Source: a virus
DNA length: 64,000 nt
IMG/VR virus record: IMGVR_UViG_3300028393_000001
Span: 59,963-123,962 of that record
Direction: 5' to 3' (one strand)
Made by a program: the position numbers and the translations under genes. The notes beneath the pieces were generated by a model. It was not told the DNA's origin, searched no databases, and saw only the letters and a list, made by a program, of their open reading frames with translations. Shown here piece by piece: positions 26,484-35,450 of this stretch; position 1 is the stretch's first letter; each line of letters starts with the position of its first letter.

Positions 26484-26663
26484 ATGAGCCATTATACAGT
26501 AATAGTAGAAGAAGATCCAGAAACAAAGGATTTACTACTCCAACTTCCTGAAGAAGTTTTAGCAGAACTAAAATTAGTTGAAGGAGACGTTCTTAATTGG
26601 GAAGATGCAGGTGGTGGTTCATTTATTTTAACTAAAAAGTTAAAAACTTTAGAAGGGGAATAA
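26484..26663 (+). CDS. AbrB/MazE-like small DNA-binding protein, 59 aa
   Basis: DLLLQLPEEVLAELKLVEGDVLNW...GSFIL swapped-hairpin pattern; coupled to nrdJ. Confidence 0.65.
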   Translation: MSHYTVIVEEDPETKDLLLQLPEEVLAELKLVEGDVLNWEDAGGGSFILTKKLKTLEGE

Positions 26664-28627
26664 TGACGGTCTCAACAAGAGCACAAGTAATTACACGCAG
26701 AACATACAACAGACCTTTATCAGATGACGGAAAAACTTTTGAAACTTGGCAGGAGACAGTTTCAAGAGTAATAGACCACCAACAATGGTTATGGGAACGA
26801 GCAGCCCGTAGAGAATTAACAGACCTAGAGTTTGCTGAACTATATGATTTAGAACAGCTAATGTTAGATCGTAAAGTTTCTATGAGTGGTCGTTCCCTTT
26901 GGCTTGGTGGAACAACAGTTGCACAAAAACGAGAAGCCTCACAATTTAATTGTAGTTTCACAGAAGTTGAAACAGTATACGATGTAGTAGATTGTTTATG
27001 GTTACTTCTACAAGGTTGCGGTGTTGGGTTTAAACCCGTAGTTGGAACACTAAATGGTTTTTCGAAACCTATTAAAAATATTAGAGTAGTACGCAGTACT
27101 CGTACCGCAAAAGGCGGAAGTGAACATAATACAGAAACTTGGGATAGTGATACTAAAACGTGGACTATTCAAGTAGGTGATTCAGCAGAAGCTTGGGCAA
27201 AGTCAGTAGGTAAACTAATGGCAGGTAAGTATCCTGCAAAAGAGTTAGTTTTAGACTTCAGTCAACTACGTCCTGCTGGCGAAAGATTAAAAGGATATGG
27301 TTGGATTTCTAGTGGCGATAGTGCTATTAGTACTGCCTACCTAGCTATTGCTAAAATTCTTAATGGTAGATCTGATAGCCTTCTTACAAGAATGGATATC
27401 ATGGATATTATTAACTGGCTTGGTACTATCCTATCTAGCCGCCGTTCTGCTGAAATTGCTCTTTTTGAGTATGGGCAACCTGAGTGGGAAGAATTTGCTA
27501 CAGCTAAAAAAGATTGGTGGCTGCATAATAACTCGCATAGGCAGCAATCAAACAATAGCTTAGTTTTTAAGGAAAAACCCTTATATGTTGACTTACGAAA
27601 AATCTTTGATCTTATGGAAGACGCTGGAGGATCCGAGCCAGGGTTCATTAATGCAGTGGAAGCTACTAGAAGAGCACCATGGTTTGCAGGATGCAATCCC
27701 TGTGTCGAAATCCTACTGGGAAATAAGTCCTTCTGTAATCTCACTGAAACCGACATCGGCAAATTTAAAGGGGATACCGCAGGATTACACGAAGCTATTA
27801 GGCTTGCCGCCCGTGCAAACTACAGGCAAACTTGCGTTAATTTAAATGACGGAATCCTTCAGGAGAGTTGGCATCTCAATAATTATTTCCTTCGTCTGTG
27901 TGGAGTTGGCCTTACTGGTATTGCCAAACGCCCTGATATGGGCGGTTATGATTACGAATACCTCAAGCGTACTGCTACCGCTGCTGCCATTGGTATGGCT
28001 GACGAGCTTGACCTTCCTAGCCCAAAAAACATAACCTGTGTTAAGCCTTCGGGAACTCTTTCAAAGATCATGGATACTACCGAGGGAATTCACAAGCCTT
28101 TAGGTAAGTACATTTTTAATAATGTTCAGTTTAGTAAGTATGACCCAGTAGTTGATAAACTACGGGCTGCTAACTATAATGTTATTAATCATCCTACCGA
28201 TGACTCAGGTGTATTAATTACTTTTCCAGTAAGATGGGATGACGTTCCCTTTCACAAAGTGAACGGCAAAGAGGTAAATTTAGACTCCGCAATAGAACAA
28301 CTAGAAAAATACAAATTAATCCAGACCAGCTGGACTCAGCAGAACACTTCTGTAACTATCTCCTATGGCTTAAATGAAGTAGAAGAAATTATTAAGTGGC
28401 TGCTAAATAACTGGGATTGTTATGTAGGTGTTAGTTTTATTTATCGTACTGACCCTAGTATGACAGCTAAAGATCTTGGGTACTTATATCTTCCACAAGA
28501 AGTAGTAAGTGAACAAGATTATAACGACTACGTTAAACTTCTTCAACCCGTTAGTCTAGAGGATACAAATAGTTTCGATGAAATTGTAGCTGAAGACTGC
28601 TCAACTGGAAGTTGTCCCATTAAATGA
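26663..28627 (+). CDS. nrdJ: class II (B12-dependent) ribonucleotide reductase
   Basis: RTY.R, FNC, CNPCVEI, CNL, TCVKPSGT, C-terminal CSTGSCPIK; no NrdB partner here. Confidence 0.92.
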   Translation: MTVSTRAQVITRRTYNRPLSDDGKTFETWQETVSRVIDHQQWLWERAARRELTDLEFAELYDLEQLMLDRKVSMSGRSLWLGGTTVAQKREASQFNCSFTEVETVYDVVDCLWLLLQGCGVGFKPVVGTLNGFSKPIKNIRVVRSTRTAKGGSEHNTETWDSDTKTWTIQVGDSAEAWAKSVGKLMAGKYPAKELVLDFSQLRPAGERLKGYGWISSGDSAISTAYLAIAKILNGRSDSLLTRMDIMDIINWLGTILSSRRSAEIALFEYGQPEWEEFATAKKDWWLHNNSHRQQSNNSLVFKEKPLYVDLRKIFDLMEDAGGSEPGFINAVEATRRAPWFAGCNPCVEILLGNKSFCNLTETDIGKFKGDTAGLHEAIRLAARANYRQTCVNLNDGILQESWHLNNYFLRLCGVGLTGIAKRPDMGGYDYEYLKRTATAAAIGMADELDLPSPKNITCVKPSGTLSKIMDTTEGIHKPLGKYIFNNVQFSKYDPVVDKLRAANYNVINHPTDDSGVLITFPVRWDDVPFHKVNGKEVNLDSAIEQLEKYKLIQTSWTQQNTSVTISYGLNEVEEIIKWLLNNWDCYVGVSFIYRTDPSMTAKDLGYLYLPQEVVSEQDYNDYVKLLQPVSLEDTNSFDEIVAEDCSTGSCPIK

Positions 28628-28644
28628 GGTATTAAAATTTAGTA

Positions 28645-28673
28645 TTGTATAAATCATGTCCTTGTGTTATAAT
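28645..28673 (+). promoter_or_regulatory. sigma70-type promoter
   Basis: TTGTAT-17-TATAAT with extended TG. Confidence 0.65.
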
Positions 28674-28704
28674 AATTTTTATATTATTTAATTGGGCATG
28701 ATTT

Positions 28705-29400
28705 ATGGCTTCAGGTATTTACTTATTAAGATTTTCAAACGGTAGTATATATATTGGGCAGTCAGTTAATATTTATGGACGGTATAAGGCACACTGTAAT
28801 AAATTAATTAAAGGTACTCATATAAATTCAAAAATGTCTATAGCGTATACTAAATACGGAATACCTTCTCTAGAAATTTTAATAGAGTGTCTTAAAGATG
28901 AACTAGATGCTAATGAAATAGCTGCAATTGAGGTTTTTGATAGTATTAATAATGGATTAAATATATCTCCTGCAGCAGGAGAGTTTCCTATATTAAATGG
29001 AGAATATAATGGCTCATCTAAGTATAGAGATAGCGATATTATACTAATAGTAGAATATCTGGTTGCAAATTTAGAGCAGCCACTTAAACTATCAGCTTCT
29101 ATATTAGGTATGCATTATTCTACAATTAAAAATATTGCTAATGGTACATCTCATAGATGGTTAATGGAAAGAATACCTGAAAGTTATAATAAATTAATAG
29201 CATTTAAAGGTAAACGTAGTATAAATACTAGTAAAGGAAAAGGGCTTAATTATAATATACTAAGTCCAGATAATATAATATATCCTATAACAAATATAAT
29301 TACTTTTTCCAAAGAACATTCCCTTAATGCAGGTGCATTAGGGGAAGTATTAAGAGGTAATACTCTTCAACATAAAGGCTGGAAATCTCCGCCTATTTAA
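28705..29400 (+). mobile_element. free-standing GIY-YIG homing endonuclease gene
   Basis: SGIY...IYIGQS.....R...H, later E and GLN; C-terminal HTH/NUMOD-like segment ending HKGW; AT-rich; own promoter. Confidence 0.85.
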
Positions 29401-29432
29401 TTAATAAAAATAAATGGAACCACAAAAATAAT

Positions 29433-29606
29433 ATGACAACAGAAGAAAATACTACTCCACAAACATACTCCTTCTTATTCACACAGGAAGAAGCAAATAT
29501 TATTCTTAATGCTTTAGCAGAACTACCTTTCAAGGTATCTAATCCATTAATTGCTAATATGATTAAACAATTCCAAGAGCATACGCAATTAGCTAACGAA
29601 GAATAA
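29433..29606 (+). CDS. small hypothetical protein, 57 aa
   Basis: FTQEEANIILNALAELPFKVSNPLI motif. Confidence 0.65.
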   Translation: MTTEENTTPQTYSFLFTQEEANIILNALAELPFKVSNPLIANMIKQFQEHTQLANEE

Positions 29607-29645
29607 AAAATAAAGCCCCTAAATCTTGCGATTTAGGGGCTTTTT
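29605..29645. terminator. bidirectional terminator at the strand switch
   Basis: A run, AAAGCCCCTAAATC-TTGC-GATTTAGGGGCTTT, T run between convergent genes. Confidence 0.88.
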
Positions 29646-29649
29646 GCAT

Positions 29650-29904
29650 TTAAGCTTTTACAAATGTTTCAAATTCTTCTATGAGCATACTAATTGCTTC
29701 TTTGCCTGTTTCAGATTTAAAGTAAGCATCCATTTTATCCAAATTTTTGGAAATAAATACTTGCTGGGGTTGGGTTAGTGCTTTCCCAAAACTTTGATAA
29801 GTGCTTTCAAATAATGATAACATTTTTTGAGCTTGTGCCATATTATTATTAATATTAGGCATTATCATTTGAGGGGAAATAAGTTTAAGTAATTGTTCCA
29901 GCAT
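29650..29904 (-). CDS. hypothetical helical protein, last gene of the accessory operon
   Basis: GGA SD; 84-aa ORF. Confidence 0.7.
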   Translation of the reverse strand: MLEQLLKLISPQMIMPNINNNMAQAQKMLSLFESTYQSFGKALTQPQQVFISKNLDKMDAYFKSETGKEAISMLIEEFETFVKA

Positions 29905-29955
29905 TATTTTTCCATATAAAAAGGTAGATGTTCTAATTTGTACATAATTTATCCT

Positions 29956-30426
29956 TTAATTATTATTTGCCATTATATTCCACTGTGTGCCGTCAAATAT
30001 TACTATAATTCCTTTATTTATTTCTAAATTTTGTGTTGAATTACCATCTATTTTTTGACCGCTAGTACCAGTAACACTAATATTACCGGTAACCTGAGTT
30101 TTTATTGCATATGTTTTACCTAATACACCCAATGGTAGGGTAATTGTAATATCTTTTTTAGTTGCAGCGATAAAGTAATCGTTAGCAGTAGCAGTATAAT
30201 TAATAGAAGTTAATTTTACAGTCTGTAAATTGTTAGTAGTTGCGCTTAATACACCTAAAGATGTAATGGACAAACCGCTACCGACTTGAATAATGCCTAA
30301 ACTAGTAGTAGTTGCTATATCAGATTCCAGCGAATAATCAAATACGCCAGAACTACTTTCACTAGGTACAGCTGGGACTCTTTTTAGTCCACGCCCAGGT
30401 TGGACTGGTGGTCTACTATAAGCCAT
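29956..30426 (-). CDS. fibre-type beta-domain protein (paralog 4)
   Basis: IATTTSLGIIQVGSGLSI fibre motif followed by YTA..NDY..ITLP...GK.Y.IK..IDG..FDG.QW domain. Confidence 0.75.
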   Translation of the reverse strand: MAYSRPPVQPGRGLKRVPAVPSESSSGVFDYSLESDIATTTSLGIIQVGSGLSITSLGVLSATTNNLQTVKLTSINYTATANDYFIAATKKDITITLPLGVLGKTYAIKTQVTGNISVTGTSGQKIDGNSTQNLEINKGIIVIFDGTQWNIMANNN

Positions 30427-30432
30427 AATAGT

Positions 30433-30831
30433 TTAAGTTAATAACCACTGTACACCATCATAGATAAGTGTTAGTGAACCATAAGGTGTGTTAATTGTAG
30501 CGTTTACAGCACCATCAATGGTACCTGCAGTTGGAACAATAGTAATAGGTGTAGCAACACTAGCTAGACCTAAACCATCTTTGATAATAAAAGTTTGCCC
30601 TGCTACGCCAGCCGGTAGGTTTACTGCTACTGGAACTGGTCCAGGTACTTGTACTGCAATTGCAGCATCTGCACTTAAGACTGCTATGGGTGTTGCTACT
30701 GCAATTCGGATTGCTGTAATTACTACACCACCAGCACTAATAGTAATTCTATTTGCTCCAGTGCCTGTAGTAGGTGTGACTATGATACCAGTACCTGCAA
30801 TAATACTGGTAGGATTATTTGTATATGACAT
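30433..30831 (-). CDS. fibre-type beta-domain protein (paralog 3)
   Basis: IIAGTGI motif followed by VNLP...GQTF.IKD..ITI..TIDG..YGSLTLIYDG.QW. Confidence 0.75.
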   Translation of the reverse strand: MSYTNNPTSIIAGTGIIVTPTTGTGANRITISAGGVVITAIRIAVATPIAVLSADAAIAVQVPGPVPVAVNLPAGVAGQTFIIKDGLGLASVATPITIVPTAGTIDGAVNATINTPYGSLTLIYDGVQWLLT

Positions 30832-30845
30832 ATGTGTCCTTAAAA

Positions 30846-31319
30846 TTAAGTTATGCTCCAGTTGGAGCCATTAAATACTACTGTAATACTACCAAATGGT
30901 ACATCAATAGTAGCTGTGCCGATATCAACATTTTGTGCTGTTCCTTGTATTGTAATAGGTGCATTATTTGCATTTCCACTACAATCCTTAATTACGTATA
31001 CTGTACCTAATATGCCTGTAGGTAATGTAATTGTTACTGGTGCTACGCTTAATACACATAGAAAATAGTCTGTGGCTAAAGCAGTATAAGTTGCTGTTGT
31101 TACATCAGTAACAGGCACTACGCCAGGTGTACCTGGTGGTCCTGGAGGCCCTGGAGGTCCAGGCGGTCCAACGGGTCCAGGTGGTCCAACTACTAGACTA
31201 TTATTAATAAATAAGTCTTTGTCAGGAATATATGGAAATATTGGATAAATAGGAGGAAACATTTGCATTTGCATTTGTCCCTCTGGTCCTTGGTTCTGCA
31301 TTTGTTGTGGAAAAAACAT
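30846..31319 (-). CDS. collagen-like (GPP) protein with beta-domain (paralog 2)
   Basis: Seven G-X-Y triplets, then TITLP...G.VY.IKD..ITI..FGSITVVFNG.NW. Confidence 0.8.
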   Translation of the reverse strand: MFFPQQMQNQGPEGQMQMQMFPPIYPIFPYIPDKDLFINNSLVVGPPGPVGPPGPPGPPGPPGTPGVVPVTDVTTATYTALATDYFLCVLSVAPVTITLPTGILGTVYVIKDCSGNANNAPITIQGTAQNVDIGTATIDVPFGSITVVFNGSNWSIT

Positions 31320-31333
31320 AAAGTTTCCTTAAT

Positions 31334-31367
31334 AAAAAGCCCCCTCGACTTATGGTTGAGAGGGCTT
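31334..31367 (-). terminator. intrinsic terminator
   Basis: AAGCCCCCTCGAC/GTTGAGAGGGCTT stem with a minus-strand U run. Confidence 0.75.
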
Positions 31368-31383
31368 AAAACTACACCAAATA

Positions 31384-32451
31384 TTAACGAATAGAAGTAT
31401 TTGTGTTAGTTGGGTTAGCTGTTAGTGTACCAGAACCAACATTAATTGCACCATTTGTAATGTTTTGGCCTAATCCGTAGATTAGATTAGCCAATGATGC
31501 GTATTGCTGTTGTTGCTGTGCTTGTTGTTGCATTTGATTAATGTTATTTGTAGTAGTAACGTTAATACCAGCTGTAGCTGCTTGTAGACGACCATCGCCA
31601 CGTAGTTCAATAATTTCTGCATTTGCATCAGTTAGTTGACGATTTAATGTTTGTTCGTATTGACTTACAATCAGTGCACGAGTAGTAGTACCATCAGCAG
31701 TAATAGCACGTTCTGTGTTATTAAAACCAACTAACATATTTGTGTTAACTTGATTTAGTTGTTGCATTACTGCAACTGCATTTGCATTAACAGCATCTTT
31801 TACGCCATCAATACGATTAACTAAACTACCTGTAGTAGAGTTAAATTGATTTGTCAAACCAATTGTTTGGTTAGCTTGACTAGCTTCCATTGCTGCTTGA
31901 CCTACTGCTACTGCTTTGTCAACTTGACCAATACTTTGCATTAATTGCATATTAGCCGTAGCTTGACCAGTTACGGCACTTTCGCCGCCATTGCCATTAC
32001 CACCAAATAAACCACCACCGCCTTGGCGTAGGAGGCTTCCTAAGATTAATCCACCAATCAATCCGCCACCACTACCAAAACCTAGACCACCATCTCCGCC
32101 GCCACTCATCATCATTCCTGCTGGGTTTAGAACTTCTGCCATTTTTTTCTTCCTTGTTTCATTATCAAAATAATTTGTTCCTGTTGACTCTATTGCAAAA
32201 GGAACCTCTATGTTACTGACTGTATCTCCGTACATTATAGTTACAGTACCTGTAACCCCTGGAGCATCCTTGATTTCAAAATATACTGGTTTTCCTGCAG
32301 GCCCCCAGAACTTATCTACTGGTGTAGTTAAGTTTCCGTCAACATACGCAACCACTTGTATATTATCAGGTTTGCTGACAGTTATCATACCGTCAGTGGG
32401 TATAATAACTGTGTTAGTAATCCCAGTAATGGGTTTTACTATTGACCACAT
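31384..32451 (-). CDS. Gly-rich hydrophobic / Q,N-rich coiled-coil protein with internal start at 32142
   Basis: Both ATGs carry SDs; GGLIGGLILGSLL segment followed by a long heptad region. Confidence 0.8.
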   Translation of the reverse strand: MWSIVKPITGITNTVIIPTDGMITVSKPDNIQVVAYVDGNLTTPVDKFWGPAGKPVYFEIKDAPGVTGTVTIMYGDTVSNIEVPFAIESTGTNYFDNETRKKKMAEVLNPAGMMMSGGGDGGLGFGSGGGLIGGLILGSLLRQGGGGLFGGNGNGGESAVTGQATANMQLMQSIGQVDKAVAVGQAAMEASQANQTIGLTNQFNSTTGSLVNRIDGVKDAVNANAVAVMQQLNQVNTNMLVGFNNTERAITADGTTTRALIVSQYEQTLNRQLTDANAEIIELRGDGRLQAATAGINVTTTNNINQMQQQAQQQQQYASLANLIYGLGQNITNGAINVGSGTLTANPTNTNTSIR

Positions 32452-32496
32452 TATATTTCCCTTCTCTTAATTTGTAATCTTACGATTACTGCATCC

Positions 32497-33024
32497 CTAG
32501 TTATCCCTATGATAACTAGGTAATTTTTCATTAATTATAGACCAATTGATAGTATTCCAGATATTATCAATATAGCCCCCTTTATTTGCGTGGTAATCTA
32601 AAGCCCATGAGTGTTCCCACCAATCTATTAATACAACAATGTCATTAAATATTGCATGATTTTTTATTGTACGTATTTTACCATCACTAGAAAGATATAC
32701 CCATCCGCTGCCTTGTATTTCAAAAGCAGCCTTTTTAATTTCTTGTTTAAATTTACTAAAATCTTCGTAGTAATGATTAATAAAGTCTAAGCTTTTGCCA
32801 AAAGGCTGATTAGTTTCCGAATATGGTTGTAGTTGTTGAAAAAAGATATTATGTAAAAAAGCACCTGCTTCATTAAATACAGGGTCGCCCTCATTATTAT
32901 TAAATCTTGTTACGTAACCACGAGCTAAGTTCTCGTAATGGTAATCTAAAGTTTCCGCACTCATAGCAGGACTTAATTCAGTTACACTATATGGAAGCGG
33001 GGCTAATACTAATATCTTATTCAT
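32497..33024 (-). CDS. Fe/Mn superoxide dismutase
   Basis: LPY...L.P..S.ETL.YH, HN.FF, GSGWVYL, DWWEH. Confidence 0.9.
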   Translation of the reverse strand: MNKILVLAPLPYSVTELSPAMSAETLDYHYENLARGYVTRFNNNEGDPVFNEAGAFLHNIFFQQLQPYSETNQPFGKSLDFINHYYEDFSKFKQEIKKAAFEIQGSGWVYLSSDGKIRTIKNHAIFNDIVVLIDWWEHSWALDYHANKGGYIDNIWNTINWSIINEKLPSYHRDN

Positions 33025-33317
33025 AGCGTACTCCACTCTATACTATTATATATAAAAGTTATGCTACCAAAATTTTTATTAATAACTTTAGTTAATTTTC
33101 CGTCTATAGTATTAGACTCACTACTAACCGTAATATTATTTATTTTTGCTCTACCACTAAAATCTTTAACTATATATAATTTTCCAGGTTTAGAATCAGA
33201 TGGTAATATAATCTCTACGCCTTCATCTGTAGCTAAAAAATGCTCTTCGCTGGTAGGGGTATATGGGGAATCGGTAACAAAACTAGTTGATATTATTCCA
33301 GAGGACTTTTGAAACAT
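33021..33317 (-). CDS. stand-alone fibre-type beta-domain protein (paralog 1)
   Basis: ILP....GK.Y.VKD.SG.A..NNITV...TIDG...FGSITFIYN..EW. Confidence 0.75.
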   Translation of the reverse strand: MFQKSSGIISTSFVTDSPYTPTSEEHFLATDEGVEIILPSDSKPGKLYIVKDFSGRAKINNITVSSESNTIDGKLTKVINKNFGSITFIYNSIEWSTL

Positions 33318-33371
33318 CGGATTACCTTTATTTTATAGATACCAAAACTTTTTGTACCAATTTATTTTACA

Positions 33372-33400
33372 ATTATATACTTTATACCAAAAAAGTGCAA
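33372..33400 (-). promoter_or_regulatory. sigma70-type promoter of the accessory operon
   Basis: Minus strand TTGCAC-17-TATAAT. Confidence 0.7.
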
Positions 33401-33433
33401 TACCAAAAATTTGTGCTATAAAATCCAAGCATG

Positions 33434-33474
33434 AAAAAGCCCCTATAAGTATTACTACCTATAGGGGCTTTTTT
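33434..33474 (-). terminator. intrinsic terminator after phoH
   Basis: AAAAAGCCCCTATA..TATAGGGGCTTTTT. Confidence 0.85.
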
Positions 33475-34144
33475 AATTTCTATAAGCCATTATGATTTGT
33501 TTACATAGTTTACTTCGTACTATATCTTCATCTAAAAATCTGATTATTTCAATGCCAGGAATACCTTCAAGTCTATGAACTGCGTCATCTAATCCTGAAT
33601 CTTCGATGTCACTTTGTTCAGAGTCTCCTGAAAAAATCATTTTAGTATTTTTACCGATTCTGGATAAAATCATTTTCATCTCAGTAACGGTGGCGTTCTG
33701 AGCTTCATCTACTAATACAATTGCATTATCAAATGTTGCTCCTCTCATAAAACCAAGTGGTCTTGGTTCAATAGTCTTAGTTTTTAACGCGTACTCATAA
33801 AATCCTTTACCTAAAGCCCTAGCAAATACACTATCAAAAGGATCTAAATAAGGTGCATACTTTTCTTCCAGTGTTCCGGGTAAGAAGCCTAAACCTCTAC
33901 CTGTTTCAACATTTGGTCTTGTTAGTATTATCTTATCTACTCTACGATGAAATAATTCTGAGGCAGCATAACTAGCTGCTACATAGGTTTTTCCAGTTCC
34001 TGCACTACCTACTCCAAATATAATATCATTATGTTTAATAGCATCTAGATATTCTCCTTGGATAAAGTTTAATGGTTGTACTTCTTTAAAAGAAGCACTA
34101 TAACTTTCACCTTCATTTCTTCGACTCTTTTTACCAGTAGCCAT
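33473..34144 (-). CDS. phoH: PhoH-like ATPase
   Basis: GSAGTGKT, LGFLPG...EK..PY, MRG.TF, DEAQN, GD..QSD. Confidence 0.95.
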   Translation of the reverse strand: MATGKKSRRNEGESYSASFKEVQPLNFIQGEYLDAIKHNDIIFGVGSAGTGKTYVAASYAASELFHRRVDKIILTRPNVETGRGLGFLPGTLEEKYAPYLDPFDSVFARALGKGFYEYALKTKTIEPRPLGFMRGATFDNAIVLVDEAQNATVTEMKMILSRIGKNTKMIFSGDSEQSDIEDSGLDDAVHRLEGIPGIEIIRFLDEDIVRSKLCKQIIMAYRN

Positions 34145-34169
34145 ATGTTCTCCAAAAATGATTAATAAA

Positions 34170-34358
34170 TTACTTCTTTTTTACAGGAATTTTTGTTCCT
34201 TGATGTTTTTTATGTAACTTTTTAACCTTTTTGGCGGGTTTTTTAAATTTTGCGGTTTGTGTTGTAGTACTTACAGGTTTTTCTGGTACTGAGGCAGTTG
34301 CCAAACCAGAACTTACTAAAAACACTAATGAAAGCAGAGTTAAATATACTTTACTCAT
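34170..34358 (-). CDS. small secreted Lys-rich protein
   Basis: Signal peptide ending ATA; KKVKKLHKKHQGTK tail. Confidence 0.6.
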   Translation of the reverse strand: MSKVYLTLLSLVFLVSSGLATASVPEKPVSTTTQTAKFKKPAKKVKKLHKKHQGTKIPVKKK

Positions 34359-34365
34359 AACAGCC

Positions 34366-34704
34366 TTATAAAATTGGATCATTTGAATTTGGAATGACCT
34401 TACCAATCCTACTTGGAGTAGTAGGAGTAACTGAGCTAGCAGGCATACTAGTTCCAGTTATTTTTTCTTGTGTACGACCATAAGCCGCAATACCAAGCAC
34501 AGCACCCATAGCAATATGAAATAAGCCTGCGCCTTGCAAGGTTAATGGTTGCCATTGTGTAGAAATTTGTCCGTGCCCTATTTGTTGTAGTAAACTCCAT
34601 AATATAGGAAATACCATAAAATCACAACTACATACAGCCATGTACATCCAGCCCATAGCTGGTCTCCATTTAGCAGTAACCCAATGTTCTTTATCATCTT
34701 CCAT
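34366..34704 (-). CDS. putative holin (3TM/GTA holin-like)
   Basis: WRPAMGW.Y...C and MGAVLG..AYGRT.EK motifs; within the lysis cluster. Confidence 0.75.
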   Translation of the reverse strand: MEDDKEHWVTAKWRPAMGWMYMAVCSCDFMVFPILWSLLQQIGHGQISTQWQPLTLQGAGLFHIAMGAVLGIAAYGRTQEKITGTSMPASSVTPTTPSRIGKVIPNSNDPIL

Positions 34705-34712
34705 AAATACTC

Positions 34713-34829
34713 CTATCTATGTCTATCATTTAACCAGTCTTTAAACATTACCCAAAATATCATTACTAAAGGTACGCATCCTAATAAAAATAAGGCATCA
34801 TTAAATGTAATAATTATATTAAAATGCAT
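34713..34829 (-). CDS. 38-aa single-TM peptide
   Basis: GAGG SD; MHFNIIITFNDALFLLGCVPLVMIFWVMFKDWLNDRHR fills the gap. Confidence 0.5.
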   Translation of the reverse strand: MHFNIIITFNDALFLLGCVPLVMIFWVMFKDWLNDRHR

Positions 34830-34832
34830 AAA

Positions 34833-35450
34833 TTATCCTCCACTTTTTGCGGCTGTTTCAATTTGTTTCTTCTGCTCTTGTTCTCTAGCCCACTGTTGTT
34901 CTCTAATAATTTTTGCACGTTTTGCTTGTGCAATTTCAAACTCTTTTTGTTGTTCGGTCATACTATAAAACTGTACACCTAACATAATAAACGCAGACAA
35001 CACTAACCCAAATCCCACTGTATACATAGTCATCATAAAGTACTTAGCCATTTTTTCTTTATGTAACTGTTTAGCTTTTGCTATTGCTTCTTCGCCCGCA
35101 CGTTTTTCTTTTATTAGTCTAGTACGCTCAGCAATCATCTCTTGCCAAATTTGAGGTTTACCTAGCTGCCAATAAATCATATCCTTTAAAGCTCTTTCAT
35201 CCTCACGTAGTTGATTACTACGCATAGCAAACTCAAGTGCTTGACGCCCAAGTTGAGCATCAGTTTTTCCAATAGATTCATGCTTAGCCTTAATACTAGC
35301 CATATGAACTTGATCAGCAGATTCGAAAAAATGCCCTACTTGCCCAATAATGCTATTAACATCCTTGCCCATAGCAATTGCTTGCTTAATACCGCTAATT
35401 GCTGACTGCGCTGCTGAAAAAGCAAGACTTATAGTAATTGGATCAATCAT
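34833..35450 (-). CDS. membrane-anchored coiled-coil protein
   Basis: MIDPITI..A N-terminus, one TM near the C-terminus. Confidence 0.7.
   Translation of the reverse strand: MIDPITISLAFSAAQSAISGIKQAIAMGKDVNSIIGQVGHFFESADQVHMASIKAKHESIGKTDAQLGRQALEFAMRSNQLREDERALKDMIYWQLGKPQIWQEMIAERTRLIKEKRAGEEAIAKAKQLHKEKMAKYFMMTMYTVGFGLVLSAFIMLGVQFYSMTEQQKEFEIAQAKRAKIIREQQWAREQEQKKQIETAAKSGG

Noticed and set aside
26484-26663. Toxin-antitoxin pair
   Set aside because: The AbrB/MazE-like ORF has no recognisable adjacent toxin; the next gene is nrdJ.
16467-28627. Introns or inteins in pol, helicases or nrdJ
   Set aside because: The ORFs are continuous, of ordinary length, and lack intein splice motifs.
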